Below are positions 16,629-25,688 of a stretch of DNA of 59,235 bases, piece by piece. The number at the start of each line of letters is the position of its first letter. Within the stretch, counting starts at the first letter, position 1. The DNA is from a virus. Lineage: Duplodnaviria > Caudoviricetes. The notes under the pieces were generated by a model, which saw only the letters and a program-made list of their open reading frames with translations, was not told the origin of the DNA and ran no database searches. A program made the translations under genes and the position numbers. The stretch is from positions 1-59,235 of the IMG/VR virus record IMGVR_UViG_3300017774_004719. One strand, given 5' to 3'.

Positions 16629-19231
16629 GTTCCCCACCCATCCGCATCAACCAGTTCGGCGGGCTGTCGCCCTCCGTGGACGAGCGCAACCTGTCGCCAG
16701 ATGGTGCCCAGGTGGCTCGCAACTTGGACATGCGGTTCGGGGACTTCCGACCCAGCAAGGGCTTGGGCACTTCGGTGGCCACCGTGCCGGCTGACACGCG
16801 CAGCATCTTCCGCACGCCCTCCGGTGTTTGGCTGAGTTCGTCCACCGACACCGACTACGTGAACGCGCAGATCAACGACGCGGCCACCGAGCGCGTGTAC
16901 CTGACGGGCCGCTCTGCGTTCCCCGAAGCCTGGGAGAACGGCACTTACCGCCGCCTTGGTGTGCCGCGCCCGGCCACCGCACCCCTGGTGTCGGCGCAGA
17001 CGCAAGACGAGTTCGACCAAACCGACGCCGACGCCGCGCAGAAGGCTGCCGCTGACGCCACCGTGGCCGACCTGCTGGCCGCTGACGCCCAGGTGTGGCT
17101 GGGCGCTGCGATTGCGGCAACTGGTGCACCGCCAACGGTGGACCCGCTGTACGACAAGGTGCAACTGCACATGCAGTTCAACACCGCGCCGGGCGGGAAC
17201 TTTGTGGACTCCAGCCCGCAGCAGCGCGTGCTGACCAACTCCGGCGCCGTGGCCTTGACGACCAACACCTCCGGCCCGCTGGGCACCGGGGGCGGGGCGG
17301 GGTACGGCACCTTCTCCGGTGGGCATGTGCTTGTGCCCTACATCGACCGCAAGAGCTTTGAGTCGGACCCGACGTGGACCGTAGATGCCACCATCCGGCC
17401 AACCGAGAACTTGGAGTGGGTGGTGCTGTTCGCCCGCAACGGGGGCCTGCGAGAAATCACGTTCCAGCGCGCCGGCCAGCCTGACGTGGTGGGCAACTAC
17501 CGCACGCTGACCAGCAGCGACTTCGGCGGGGCGTTCACGGCCATCATCCGGTGCAAGCGCCCGGACAACTCGCTGTTTTGCGCGGCCGGCGCATCGGCCC
17601 ATGTGTCGGTGCAGAACACCGGCAGCCGGATGGAGGTCTACATCGACGGGGTGCTGTGCGGCACCTACGCCGACCCGCAGCACTTGGAGATCCACAACGT
17701 CGGCCGCAGCAGCTTCACCGGCACGCAGGCTTTCCAAGGGCAGATTGACGAACTGCGCGTGACCTTCGCCGCGCGCAACACCGGCACCTTCACCAAGCCG
17801 ACCGGCGAGTACGGCCGGCTGGCCCAGGCTCCCGGCCTGTTCCTGGCGCACGCTGACGCCAGCGCTACGAGCCTGCCGACCAGCGACGCAGGCGACGCGG
17901 CCTACATCGTGCCCATGACCCTGGTGGGCGGGCAGTTCCAGATCACCAACGCGGCCGACCAGTACCTGAGCGATCCGAGCCTGCGCGGGGTGCAGATCAC
18001 TTACAGCGGCTCGCCGTATTGGGCCGTGCCGCTTGCCAACTGGCGCGCGTCCGGCCTGTCGCTGGCCCAGGCCACGGCGCAGACCGTGCTGGCCAACGTG
18101 ACCAACCCCGCTTCGCCACCGGCCAAACTGCTGACCGCACCGCAGGCCGCAGCCCTGGCACCCTTCGTGTTTGCCCTGTACGACCCCAGCGGCGCCAATG
18201 TGCTGCCCCTGGTGACGGCACTGAACAGCGCCCAGGCGGCCCTGCGCGCCCAACTGGCGGCCACGCCCGGCAATGCTGCGCTGACGGCCACCCGCGTTGC
18301 CGAAGTGGCCACCGCCTCCAAGGCCCTGGAGGACTACTTCGCGGGCATGGACGCCGAGCTGCGCAAGGTGCTGGCCGCCAACGCCTCGCTGATCTTCGGC
18401 GCCATCACCTCTCTGGTGGTGAGTCGCCTGCTGGAGACGCGCGGCTACATCGTCACCTACATCACCGACTGGGGCGAGGAAAGCCAGCCCAGCCTGCCGA
18501 GCGAGTTGCTGACCATCGACCAGAACGACGCGGTGCAGATCACCGTGCCCGCTCCACCGGCTGGCCGCAACATCGTGGGCTACCGGGTGTACCGCAGCAG
18601 CACGACCAACAACGGCGCCGCGTTCCAACTGGTAGACGCCAAGGATGCGAGCAACGCCGTGCTGCTGGAGGGCGCGTTCGACTACCTGACCTTCGCCAAC
18701 CGGGTGTACCTGGACACGGCCAAGCAGGAAGAACTGCAAGAGGAATGCCCCAGCCTGATTTGGGCCGAGCCGCCTGAGAACCTGCAAGGTTTGGTGGGCA
18801 TGCCCAACGGAATCATGCTGGGATTCTTCGGCAAGACCCTGTGCGCCTGCGTGGGCTACCGACCCCATGCGTGGCCCGTGGAGTTCCAGCAGACCCTGGA
18901 GTACGACATCGTTGGCATCGGCGTGTTCGGCCAGACCGCCGTGGTGCTGACCGAGGGCCACCCCTACTACGTCAGCGGCGCCGACGCGGCCAGCTTGAGC
19001 GCGCAGAAGATCGAGATTCCGCAAGCCTGCATCGCCAAGCGCACCATCGCAGAGGTGGAAGGCGGGGTGATCTACGCCAGCCCGGACGGCCTGTGCTTGG
19101 CTTCGCCCAGTGGGGTCGATGTGCTGACAAAGGGCGCATTCAGCAAGGACGACTGGCAGACCCTGGTGAATGCATCGGCCTTTGGCGGGTACAGCGATGG
19201 CAGCTACTACCTGTTTACGGATGACGCCTGA
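16625..19231 (+). CDS. Tail nozzle / tubular-B-like protein with inserted LamG/ConA domain, lacking its C-terminal module
   Basis: N-terminal I.QFGGL.P...R.L....AQ.A.N; C-terminal ETR.Y..TY...WGEES.PS, LVGMPNGIM.GF, PHAWP, YASPDGL. Internal DPLYDKV.L...FQGQIDELRVT at about 17141-17765. Confidence 0.65.
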   Translation: MSSPPIRINQFGGLSPSVDERNLSPDGAQVARNLDMRFGDFRPSKGLGTSVATVPADTRSIFRTPSGVWLSSSTDTDYVNAQINDAATERVYLTGRSAFPEAWENGTYRRLGVPRPATAPLVSAQTQDEFDQTDADAAQKAAADATVADLLAADAQVWLGAAIAATGAPPTVDPLYDKVQLHMQFNTAPGGNFVDSSPQQRVLTNSGAVALTTNTSGPLGTGGGAGYGTFSGGHVLVPYIDRKSFESDPTWTVDATIRPTENLEWVVLFARNGGLREITFQRAGQPDVVGNYRTLTSSDFGGAFTAIIRCKRPDNSLFCAAGASAHVSVQNTGSRMEVYIDGVLCGTYADPQHLEIHNVGRSSFTGTQAFQGQIDELRVTFAARNTGTFTKPTGEYGRLAQAPGLFLAHADASATSLPTSDAGDAAYIVPMTLVGGQFQITNAADQYLSDPSLRGVQITYSGSPYWAVPLANWRASGLSLAQATAQTVLANVTNPASPPAKLLTAPQAAALAPFVFALYDPSGANVLPLVTALNSAQAALRAQLAATPGNAALTATRVAEVATASKALEDYFAGMDAELRKVLAANASLIFGAITSLVVSRLLETRGYIVTYITDWGEESQPSLPSELLTIDQNDAVQITVPAPPAGRNIVGYRVYRSSTTNNGAAFQLVDAKDASNAVLLEGAFDYLTFANRVYLDTAKQEELQEECPSLIWAEPPENLQGLVGMPNGIMLGFFGKTLCACVGYRPHAWPVEFQQTLEYDIVGIGVFGQTAVVLTEGHPYYVSGADAASLSAQKIEIPQACIAKRTIAEVEGGVIYASPDGLCLASPSGVDVLTKGAFSKDDWQTLVNASAFGGYSDGSYYLFTDDA

Positions 19232-19689
19232 TGCCGCGCGTTTTCAAGTTCGACTTGGCGGCCAAGCGCTTGAGCGAGGAAACGCTGGCGCGCGAGGACG
19301 GGTTTGTGGTGTGGTCGAGCGCGCCCTACCCGTACCTTGTGGTCGAACAGATGGACCTGTCGCACGCCTTCGTGTCGGCCCGGCTGTTCGGCCCGGTGTT
19401 TTTGCCGCCGGAGCCGATGGACCTGACCCACTCGTTTGTCAGCGGCGTGTTGAAGCAGCCGCTCAAGACCTACGCAATGGTTCAAGAGCCCGTGGACTTG
19501 ACCCACTCGTTTGTGGGCGGCGTGCTGAAGCAGGTGCTCAAGACCTACGCAGACTGGCCCGCCGAGTCAATGGACATGAGCCATTCCTTTGTGGCCGGCA
19601 CGCTCAAGACCGTGCTCATCACCTACCCCAACTGGCCGGCTGAGTCGATGGACTTTGCCCACTCGTTTGTCTCCGGAGTGCTTTCATGA
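19231..19689 (+). CDS. Repeat protein (5 x MDLTHSFVSGVL) with tail-domain N-terminus
   Basis: Repeats start at 19351, 19417, 19492, 19570 and 19648; N-terminal FDLAAKRLSE resembles the 21635 ORF. Confidence 0.75.
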   Translation: MPRVFKFDLAAKRLSEETLAREDGFVVWSSAPYPYLVVEQMDLSHAFVSARLFGPVFLPPEPMDLTHSFVSGVLKQPLKTYAMVQEPVDLTHSFVGGVLKQVLKTYADWPAESMDMSHSFVAGTLKTVLITYPNWPAESMDFAHSFVSGVLS

Positions 19690-20696
19690 CGCAGTTCTAC
19701 CGATCCAAAGGCGGCGTGCTGCTGCCGTTCGCGCCCCACATCCTGAAGCGCCAGTACGCAGAGATGAGCGCTTCGTCCGGCATGGGCATGAAGGGCCTGT
19801 ACCGCATGCAAGTGCGCCGCGCAGACGGCAGCCTTAAAACCGACACCGGGTGGTTCGACAACATCATCACGGACGGCGGCTTGAATCGCTTGGGCACTGG
19901 CGCTGCGGGGAGTACTTGTGTCATCGGCACAGGTTCGGCTACGCCGTCGGTATCAGACTCCGCGTTGCAGGCGCTTGCTGCGGCGACAACCAACATCCCC
20001 AGCACGCAAGCCGCCAACTCAGGCTCGCCGGACTTCTATGTGTCCCACACGCGGACGTTTCGATTTGCTCTTGGAGCGCTCAACGGCAACTATTCCGAGG
20101 TGGGTGTCGGCTGGGCCAACAACGCCCTGTTTTCCCGGGCGCTGATTGTGGATGGCGGCGGTGCGCCGCTGCCCATAACAGTGCTGTCAGACGAGCAGCT
20201 TGACGTGATCTACCAACTGCGCACCTACATGCCGCTCACCGACTGGGGTGGGACGTTCACCATCGGCGGCGTGTCTACCACCGTTGTCGGGCGGCGGTAC
20301 AACCAAAGCAGTTTTGCAACGAATGCCAGCGGGGGCGGCCCGCTTACTGCCCCAGTACGCGCTGTTGATCAAAACAGTCTTGCCTACCAAGGGCCGATTG
20401 GCACCACTGCAAGCAGCGGGCCGACCGGTGCAAGTTCAATCTTGTTGACCGAGGCAGGCAGCGGCCAATGGACCGCAGCCGCGTACTCCAACAACAGCAA
20501 TCGGCGGGAAAGCTCGATTGCCGTCGGCCTCAACTGGGGCAACGTCAGCGGCGGCATTGGGGCAATTGACGGCTTCGGTGGAGAAAACGCCGGCCACGGC
20601 TTTTACTTTCAGTACGGGTTCACGCCAAAGATTGCCAAGGACGCGACCAAGACGCTGGCGCTGACCCTGGCCATCTCCTGGGCTCGCCGGCCTTGA
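19686..20696 (+). CDS. Putative tail-tip / adsorption protein
   Basis: TGWFDNIITDGGL, GNYSEVGVGW, LFSRALI.D..G.P..ITVLSDEQLDV.YQLR, SWARR end; Gly/Ser/Thr-rich. Confidence 0.55.
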   Translation: MTQFYRSKGGVLLPFAPHILKRQYAEMSASSGMGMKGLYRMQVRRADGSLKTDTGWFDNIITDGGLNRLGTGAAGSTCVIGTGSATPSVSDSALQALAAATTNIPSTQAANSGSPDFYVSHTRTFRFALGALNGNYSEVGVGWANNALFSRALIVDGGGAPLPITVLSDEQLDVIYQLRTYMPLTDWGGTFTIGGVSTTVVGRRYNQSSFATNASGGGPLTAPVRAVDQNSLAYQGPIGTTASSGPTGASSILLTEAGSGQWTAAAYSNNSNRRESSIAVGLNWGNVSGGIGAIDGFGGENAGHGFYFQYGFTPKIAKDATKTLALTLAISWARRP

Positions 20697-20699
20697 TCC

Positions 20700-21638
20700 A
20701 TGACGATCCCGAGCAACCTGCTGTCCAACGACAGGCCCGAGTTTGCGCTGCTGTCGCCTGACGACCGGCAGCGCTTGGACCCGCGCCGCGATTGGGAGCG
20801 GGGCGGGGTCGCACTGAACAACCCGAGCCAAGGGCTCAACGTGCGCGACTGGACCGTATGGACGGACGGCACGACGATCTGGGTGGCGCCTGACCCGGAG
20901 CAAGTCCCTGCGGTGTCGCTGATTACGGGGACGAACATCACCGAGGCTAGCGTCGCGTTTGACCAGAGCATGCAGCCCACGCTGGCCTATGTGGAGGCGG
21001 GCGTGACCAAGCTGTGGTGGTTCGACACCGTGGCAAACGCGATGACCACAACCAGCTTCCCAGGCTACAAGACGCCCATGCTGACGATGGACGACAAGCG
21101 CGACATCGCCACCACCAACGGCAGCAACGACATCATCTTTGCCTACGTGCGAGACGGGCTCTTGTGTTGGCGCCAGCAGCGTGATCGGTACGGCGTGGAG
21201 TACGAGCTTGGCTCGGTGCCCAGTGCGAACAGCCGCATCATGGGCATGGGCATGAGTCGGGGCAACCGCTTGCAGGTCAAGTTGAGCACCCCACCCGCCG
21301 CCGTCCACACCGACCTGCTGACCGACACCCTGTTCGTGGTCAGCGCCGACGACGTGCTGCCGGTGGCCACGGGCGCCGCCCAAACCGCCAACTGGCGCAG
21401 CAAGACCTTCGTGTTTGACGAACAGCCATCGTTCGGCTGGGCGCGCGTGGAAGGGGACTACCCGGTGGTGGTCAAGCTGTACGGAGACGGCGTGCTGTTC
21501 TTCACCAGCCCGCCGATCACCAGCCAGAAGCCGTTCCGCGTGCCGGCCCGCCGCTTCCGTGAGTGGGCGGTGGAGCTGGAGGGCGCCACGAAGGTGGTGG
21601 CGTTCGCCATGGCGCAGGACATTGGGGAGCTGCTGTGA
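20700..21638 (+). CDS. Fusion of a tail-associated domain and a nozzle C-terminal module
   Basis: D.E.GG.AL..PSQGL...W...DDKR...QRDRY.VEY.L, then from about 21297 AVHTDLLTDTLF...WRSK.F...YGDG...PFRVP...W.VELEG. Confidence 0.6.
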   Translation: MTIPSNLLSNDRPEFALLSPDDRQRLDPRRDWERGGVALNNPSQGLNVRDWTVWTDGTTIWVAPDPEQVPAVSLITGTNITEASVAFDQSMQPTLAYVEAGVTKLWWFDTVANAMTTTSFPGYKTPMLTMDDKRDIATTNGSNDIIFAYVRDGLLCWRQQRDRYGVEYELGSVPSANSRIMGMGMSRGNRLQVKLSTPPAAVHTDLLTDTLFVVSADDVLPVATGAAQTANWRSKTFVFDEQPSFGWARVEGDYPVVVKLYGDGVLFFTSPPITSQKPFRVPARRFREWAVELEGATKVVAFAMAQDIGELL

Positions 21639-22048
21639 AGGCCACGCGCTTCGACCTGTCCACCAAGCGCATCAGCGAGGTGCCCGCGCTGGGTGACGTG
21701 CGCGCCGTGCAAACCGACCTGCTGGCCGACCGGCTGTTCCTGGCCGAAGGAACGACGGTGAAGGCGCTGGGCGACGGCGCACCGGCCACCGCGATCTGGC
21801 GCAGCCGCGCCGTGATCCGCCCCAACCCTGTCACCTACGGCTGGCTCAAGCTCAACGGCCCCCTCACCGCCCCGGTGACGATGCGCGTGTACGCCGACGG
21901 CGTGCTGATCCACACCGCGACCGTGGCCGACCGCAAACCCCAGCGCCTGCCGGCCAAGCCCGGCCGAACCTGGGTGATCGAGTTGGAATCCACCAGCCGC
22001 GTGACCAGCGCGGCGATTGCGCAGACCGCTCCGGAGTTGAGCCAATGA
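21635..22048 (+). CDS. Stand-alone nozzle C-terminal module (paralogue)
   Basis: GTGA overlap and GGGGAG RBS; FDLSTKRISE...AVQTDLLADRLF...WRSR...YADG...PQRLP...WVIELE. Confidence 0.7.
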   Translation: MKATRFDLSTKRISEVPALGDVRAVQTDLLADRLFLAEGTTVKALGDGAPATAIWRSRAVIRPNPVTYGWLKLNGPLTAPVTMRVYADGVLIHTATVADRKPQRLPAKPGRTWVIELESTSRVTSAAIAQTAPELSQ

Positions 22049-22422
22049 GCCGCGACTTTTCCCGCTCCCCCTTTGCATCGGCGCCGGCCCGGCTGCCGGC
22101 CCTTCAAGCCCTGCGCCTGCAAGACCCCCAGGCTCAGAAAGCCATCGAAGCCCTGCGCGAGTGGGTGGAGGTGCGGCTTGGCGCCCGTGGCGACCCCAAC
22201 GAAAAGGCCGTGACCCTGCGCGAGTTCGAGATTCGGCTGGCCGAGGTGTTCCGCGTGACCGGGCTGCTGAAGGACTTCAACGGCGGCATAGAGGGGCTGA
22301 AGGCCACGCCGACCGCCACACTGCCCGATGACGTGCGCCTTGGCGGGTTCATCCTGCTGGAGAACGGCGAGTTGTACTTTGGGGCCTCACCAACCGCCTG
22401 GAGGCGGGTAACGCTGACCTGA
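22045..22422 (+). CDS. Putative tail-associated protein
   Basis: ALREWVEVR.G.RGDP..KAVT.RE motif; coupled start. Confidence 0.6.
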   Translation: MSRDFSRSPFASAPARLPALQALRLQDPQAQKAIEALREWVEVRLGARGDPNEKAVTLREFEIRLAEVFRVTGLLKDFNGGIEGLKATPTATLPDDVRLGGFILLENGELYFGASPTAWRRVTLT

Positions 22423-22425
22423 CGG

Positions 22426-22440
22426 CGATCCGGGCATGGC
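22426..22440 (+). promoter_or_regulatory. Late-module motif, copy 5 (CGATCCGGGCATGGC)
   Basis: One-mismatch copy followed by AATGTGCC as in copy 2; 11 nt before the cupin ATG. Confidence 0.75.
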
Positions 22441-22451
22441 AATGTGCCCGC

Positions 22452-22862
22452 ATGAGCAAACTGGAAAGCAAAGGGCACCCGGTGCCAGAACCCGCCGCGG
22501 GCTTGCCGGGCGCGGGCGCCTTTGCTCATGTGGACACCCTGGCGCAGCATGGCGTGGACGTGGCCCACTTTTTTGGGGCTGGCGTGTACGCCAAGGAAAC
22601 CCGCATTCCGGCCGGCGTGGTGCTGACCCAGCACACGCACCCGCACGACCACCTGTCCATCCTGGCGCATGGCATGGCGATGGTTGAGGTCATGGGCGAG
22701 CGGCGCAGCCTGAGCGGCCCGGCCTGCCTGACGATCAAGGCCGGCATGCCGCACAAGGTCATGGCCCTCACGGACGCGGTTTGGTACTGCCTGCACGCTA
22801 CCGAGGACACCGACCCGGCCACGGTTGACACCTCCATCCTGTCGGGGGGCTGCTGTGGGTGA
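22452..22862 (+). CDS. Cupin-fold protein
   Basis: GVYAKE..IPAG..L.QHTHPHDHLSIL..G ... I.AG.PH.V.ALTD.VWYC.H. Confidence 0.8.
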   Translation: MSKLESKGHPVPEPAAGLPGAGAFAHVDTLAQHGVDVAHFFGAGVYAKETRIPAGVVLTQHTHPHDHLSILAHGMAMVEVMGERRSLSGPACLTIKAGMPHKVMALTDAVWYCLHATEDTDPATVDTSILSGGCCG

Positions 22863-23394
22863 GCGCATCTGCCTGCTGGACTCCGGCCTTCAGGTGGCGC
22901 CGATTTACTGGGCGCTGCAGCAGCACCCGGAGTTGTGGAACCAGCACACCACCCGCACCGCCAACCCTGACAGCCCGCACCACGGGCTTGACGACATTTG
23001 GGCGCGGTTTGGCGACCCGGCCCGCGCCGAGGACGGTGGCGCGCATGACTCGTTTTGGTATCCAGCCGCCGACGTGCTGGGCATCAAGCCCATGTGCCTT
23101 GACCTGATGCGCGCCGTTCAAGGCGTGGAGCTGGGCGGCGTGCTCATCACCCGCATTCCACCAGGCGCCGAGTGCAAGCCGCACACAGATCCGGGCTGGC
23201 ACGCGCGCCGCTACGACAAGTTCGCGGTGCAGATCACCAGCGCACCCGGCCAGCGATTTCACTTTGATGGCGAGAGCCTTGAAACCAAGCCGGGCGATCT
23301 GTTTTGGTTCGACAACCAATTCACCCATTGGGTCACGAATCCGACCGCTTACGAGCGCGTGACCATGATCGTTTGCATTCGCAAGGAGGACTGA
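22855..23394 (+). CDS. Aspartyl/asparaginyl beta-hydroxylase-like 2OG-Fe(II) oxygenase
   Basis: ITRIPPG..CKPHTD (HxD) ... PGDLFWFDN..THWVTN....RVTMIV. Confidence 0.8.
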   Translation: MGERICLLDSGLQVAPIYWALQQHPELWNQHTTRTANPDSPHHGLDDIWARFGDPARAEDGGAHDSFWYPAADVLGIKPMCLDLMRAVQGVELGGVLITRIPPGAECKPHTDPGWHARRYDKFAVQITSAPGQRFHFDGESLETKPGDLFWFDNQFTHWVTNPTAYERVTMIVCIRKED

Positions 23395-23395
23395 A

Positions 23396-24310
23396 ATGCC
23401 CTGGGCCGCAGCAGCAACAGTAGTGAGCGCCGGTATCGGTGCATCGTCATCCCGCAAGGCACGCAAGGCAGCCAGCGCGCAGGCCAATGCCGCCAACGCG
23501 CAGGCCGAGCAGGCTGCACGCCTGGGCCGTGAGCAGTTCGATTGGTACAAGGGCGAGTACGAGCGCACCCGCCCCCAGCGCGAGCAAGAGGCATCGCGCG
23601 CAAGCCAGATCGCTGATGCCCAGTTTTCAAGCATGCTGCGGGCCAACCGGCGCGCCGACGAGTTGGACAGCCGGAACAAACTGGTCTACCAACCGCTTGA
23701 GGACCGCATCATTTCCGATGCGCAGAACTTCGACACCGAAGCAAAGCGCGAAGAGCTGGCCGGGCAGGCGATGGCCGGGACGCAGCAGGCTTTCGACAAC
23801 GCGCAGGGCCAGCAGATGCGCGGCCTGGTGGCCAGCGGCGTGAACCCCAACAGCGGCGCGGCGCTGGCCCTTCGCCAGCAGGGCACCTTGCAAAAGGCCC
23901 TGGGCTTGGCGGCTGCGGGCAACCAGGCGCGCACGCAGGCGCGAGCCGAGGGGTATGCCCGCAAGATGGACGCCAGCCGATTCGGGCAGAGCAACGTCGG
24001 CCAACAGGCCGGGATGATGAGCCTGTCCAGCGGCATGGGCACCTCGGCTGTTGGCTCCGGCATGGCTGGCCTGAACGCCACGTACTCCGGCTCCAACTTG
24101 ATGGGGCAGGGGTTTGGCGCGGCCATGCAGGGCATGGGGATGGGCAACCAATCTCGCCAGCTGGGCGGGCAGTTCCAGAACGCCGCGAATGAATGGCAGA
24201 GCCAGCAGGATGACGCGATCGGCTCCATGCTGGGCGGCGTTGGAACGGCGACCAAGAAAGGCGTTGACCTTTGGAACAGCCTTGGCCGTGCCGCCGGCGG
24301 CGGCGTATAA
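23396..24310 (+). CDS. Internal virion / DNA pilot (ejection) protein
   Basis: AAGGAGG RBS; Ala/Gly/Gln-rich; GVNPNSG motif. Confidence 0.65.
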   Translation: MPWAAAATVVSAGIGASSSRKARKAASAQANAANAQAEQAARLGREQFDWYKGEYERTRPQREQEASRASQIADAQFSSMLRANRRADELDSRNKLVYQPLEDRIISDAQNFDTEAKREELAGQAMAGTQQAFDNAQGQQMRGLVASGVNPNSGAALALRQQGTLQKALGLAAAGNQARTQARAEGYARKMDASRFGQSNVGQQAGMMSLSSGMGTSAVGSGMAGLNATYSGSNLMGQGFGAAMQGMGMGNQSRQLGGQFQNAANEWQSQQDDAIGSMLGGVGTATKKGVDLWNSLGRAAGGGV

Positions 24311-24320
24311 GGAGTAAGGC

Positions 24321-25640
24321 ATGAGCACCGGACCCGTTCGATCAATGTTCGCCACCATGGACCTGCTGCGCAAGCATGACAACGCAGGCTTTGAGGACGA
24401 CAAAGCGCGCTGGGATGACGAGCAGGCCCGCAAGAAAGCCAAGTGGGCGGACGAGGATCGCGCCTCGACCGTGAAGGAGCGCGCCCGCCAGGAAGAGCAG
24501 CGAACGGGCTTGATCGACGCGATGAAGGACGTGGATGTTGAAGATATCGACATCGCCACGCCCACAGCCGACCCGAGCACGCAGACCCTTTCCCGTGCGT
24601 TCAAGGTGGGCGGCAAGCAGTACAACACCCGGGCCGAAGCCGATGCGGCGCGCGAGCTCCACAACTCGACCGGCGCCAAGATGCAGCGGGCGGCCAACTT
24701 CACGCTCAAAAGCGGAAACCCCACGGGCGCGGCCACGATTTCCGAGACGGGCATGAAATGGGACAAGGCCATGCGCGACGACGTGAAGCGCAGGTTTGAG
24801 GACGACCTTTCCAAGAACGTGAAGCTGGGCGACTGGCAAGGGCTGGAGAGCTTCGTCAACAACAGCCCCATCTCACCGACCAAGGCGCGGTTCGTTCTTG
24901 GCCCGGATGGCAAGCAGCAGGCCATTGGCGAGGATGGCCAGCCCATCCCGGGCATGGCGTTCCCCAACACGCCCGAAGGCCACGCCACTGCGAGCAAGCT
25001 GCTGTTTGGGCAGCTGACGCCCGAGCAGCAGCTGGCCCACATTTACGGGCGGCAGAAGGCGGCAGCCGACGCCGAACAGCTGCGGGTCAAGAACGCCCAG
25101 GAGGAGCGGAAGGTCAGGGCCGACGAGCGACGGGTGCAGATCGCCGGCAATGCCGATGCACGCGCACAGGGTGAGTACGACGCCGGCGCCAGTGGCCGAA
25201 CCTTGGCGATGCAGATGGACAAGCTGCGCCTGGATGCAGCGAGCGACGACCCGGCGGTTGCAAACCGGGCCAAGGCCAAGCTGGTGGAGGCCGCGGCCAT
25301 CAGCGCGCTGGGCAAAAGCAAGCCCGCCGGCCAGTACAAGATCGAGATGAACGAGGTGGCCACCGCCCTGGGCAAGCCCAGCGGCAGGCCCGACCCGTTC
25401 ACCGGCCGCGAAACCGTGAACCGCGACATGGCGGAAGAGGCGCGGTTCTTTGAGTGGATGCAGGCCAACAACATGACCGACACCAACGAGGCCCTGGCCA
25501 AGTGGAAAGCCGGCGCGGGCAGGGCAGCGGCGCCATCTGGCGACTTGGTGCAGCAGGCGCGCGAAGCCGTGGCCCGGGGCGCCGACAAGGCCAAGGTGAA
25601 CGAGCGTTTGAAGGCCCAAGGACTCCCGCCACTCCCTTGA
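24321..25640 (+). CDS. Internal virion (ejection) protein
   Basis: AAGGAG RBS; helical; lies between the pilot and giant genes. Confidence 0.6.
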   Translation: MSTGPVRSMFATMDLLRKHDNAGFEDDKARWDDEQARKKAKWADEDRASTVKERARQEEQRTGLIDAMKDVDVEDIDIATPTADPSTQTLSRAFKVGGKQYNTRAEADAARELHNSTGAKMQRAANFTLKSGNPTGAATISETGMKWDKAMRDDVKRRFEDDLSKNVKLGDWQGLESFVNNSPISPTKARFVLGPDGKQQAIGEDGQPIPGMAFPNTPEGHATASKLLFGQLTPEQQLAHIYGRQKAAADAEQLRVKNAQEERKVRADERRVQIAGNADARAQGEYDAGASGRTLAMQMDKLRLDAASDDPAVANRAKAKLVEAAAISALGKSKPAGQYKIEMNEVATALGKPSGRPDPFTGRETVNRDMAEEARFFEWMQANNMTDTNEALAKWKAGAGRAAAPSGDLVQQAREAVARGADKAKVNERLKAQGLPPLP

Positions 25641-25642
25641 TC

Positions 25643-25657
25643 CGATCCGGGCATGGC
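25643..25657 (+). promoter_or_regulatory. Late-module motif, copy 6 (CGATCCGGGCATGGC)
   Basis: Intergenic, upstream of the AGGAG RBS of the giant gene. Confidence 0.75.
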
Positions 25658-25688
25658 TTACTGCCGGGGTTCATAGGAGAGCCACGGC

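Noticed and set aside
19231-22048. Diversity-generating retroelement or invertible tail cassette
   Set aside because: No reverse transcriptase or invertase, no adenine-specific TR/VR pair, and no inverted crossover sites. The YADG peptide at the 21635 ORF is not in an RT context.
24945-24958. Partial late motif ATCCCGGGCATGGC inside the 24321 gene
   Set aside because: The 5' part mismatches, it is mid-gene and has no A/T patch after it; likely a chance IPGMA codon match.
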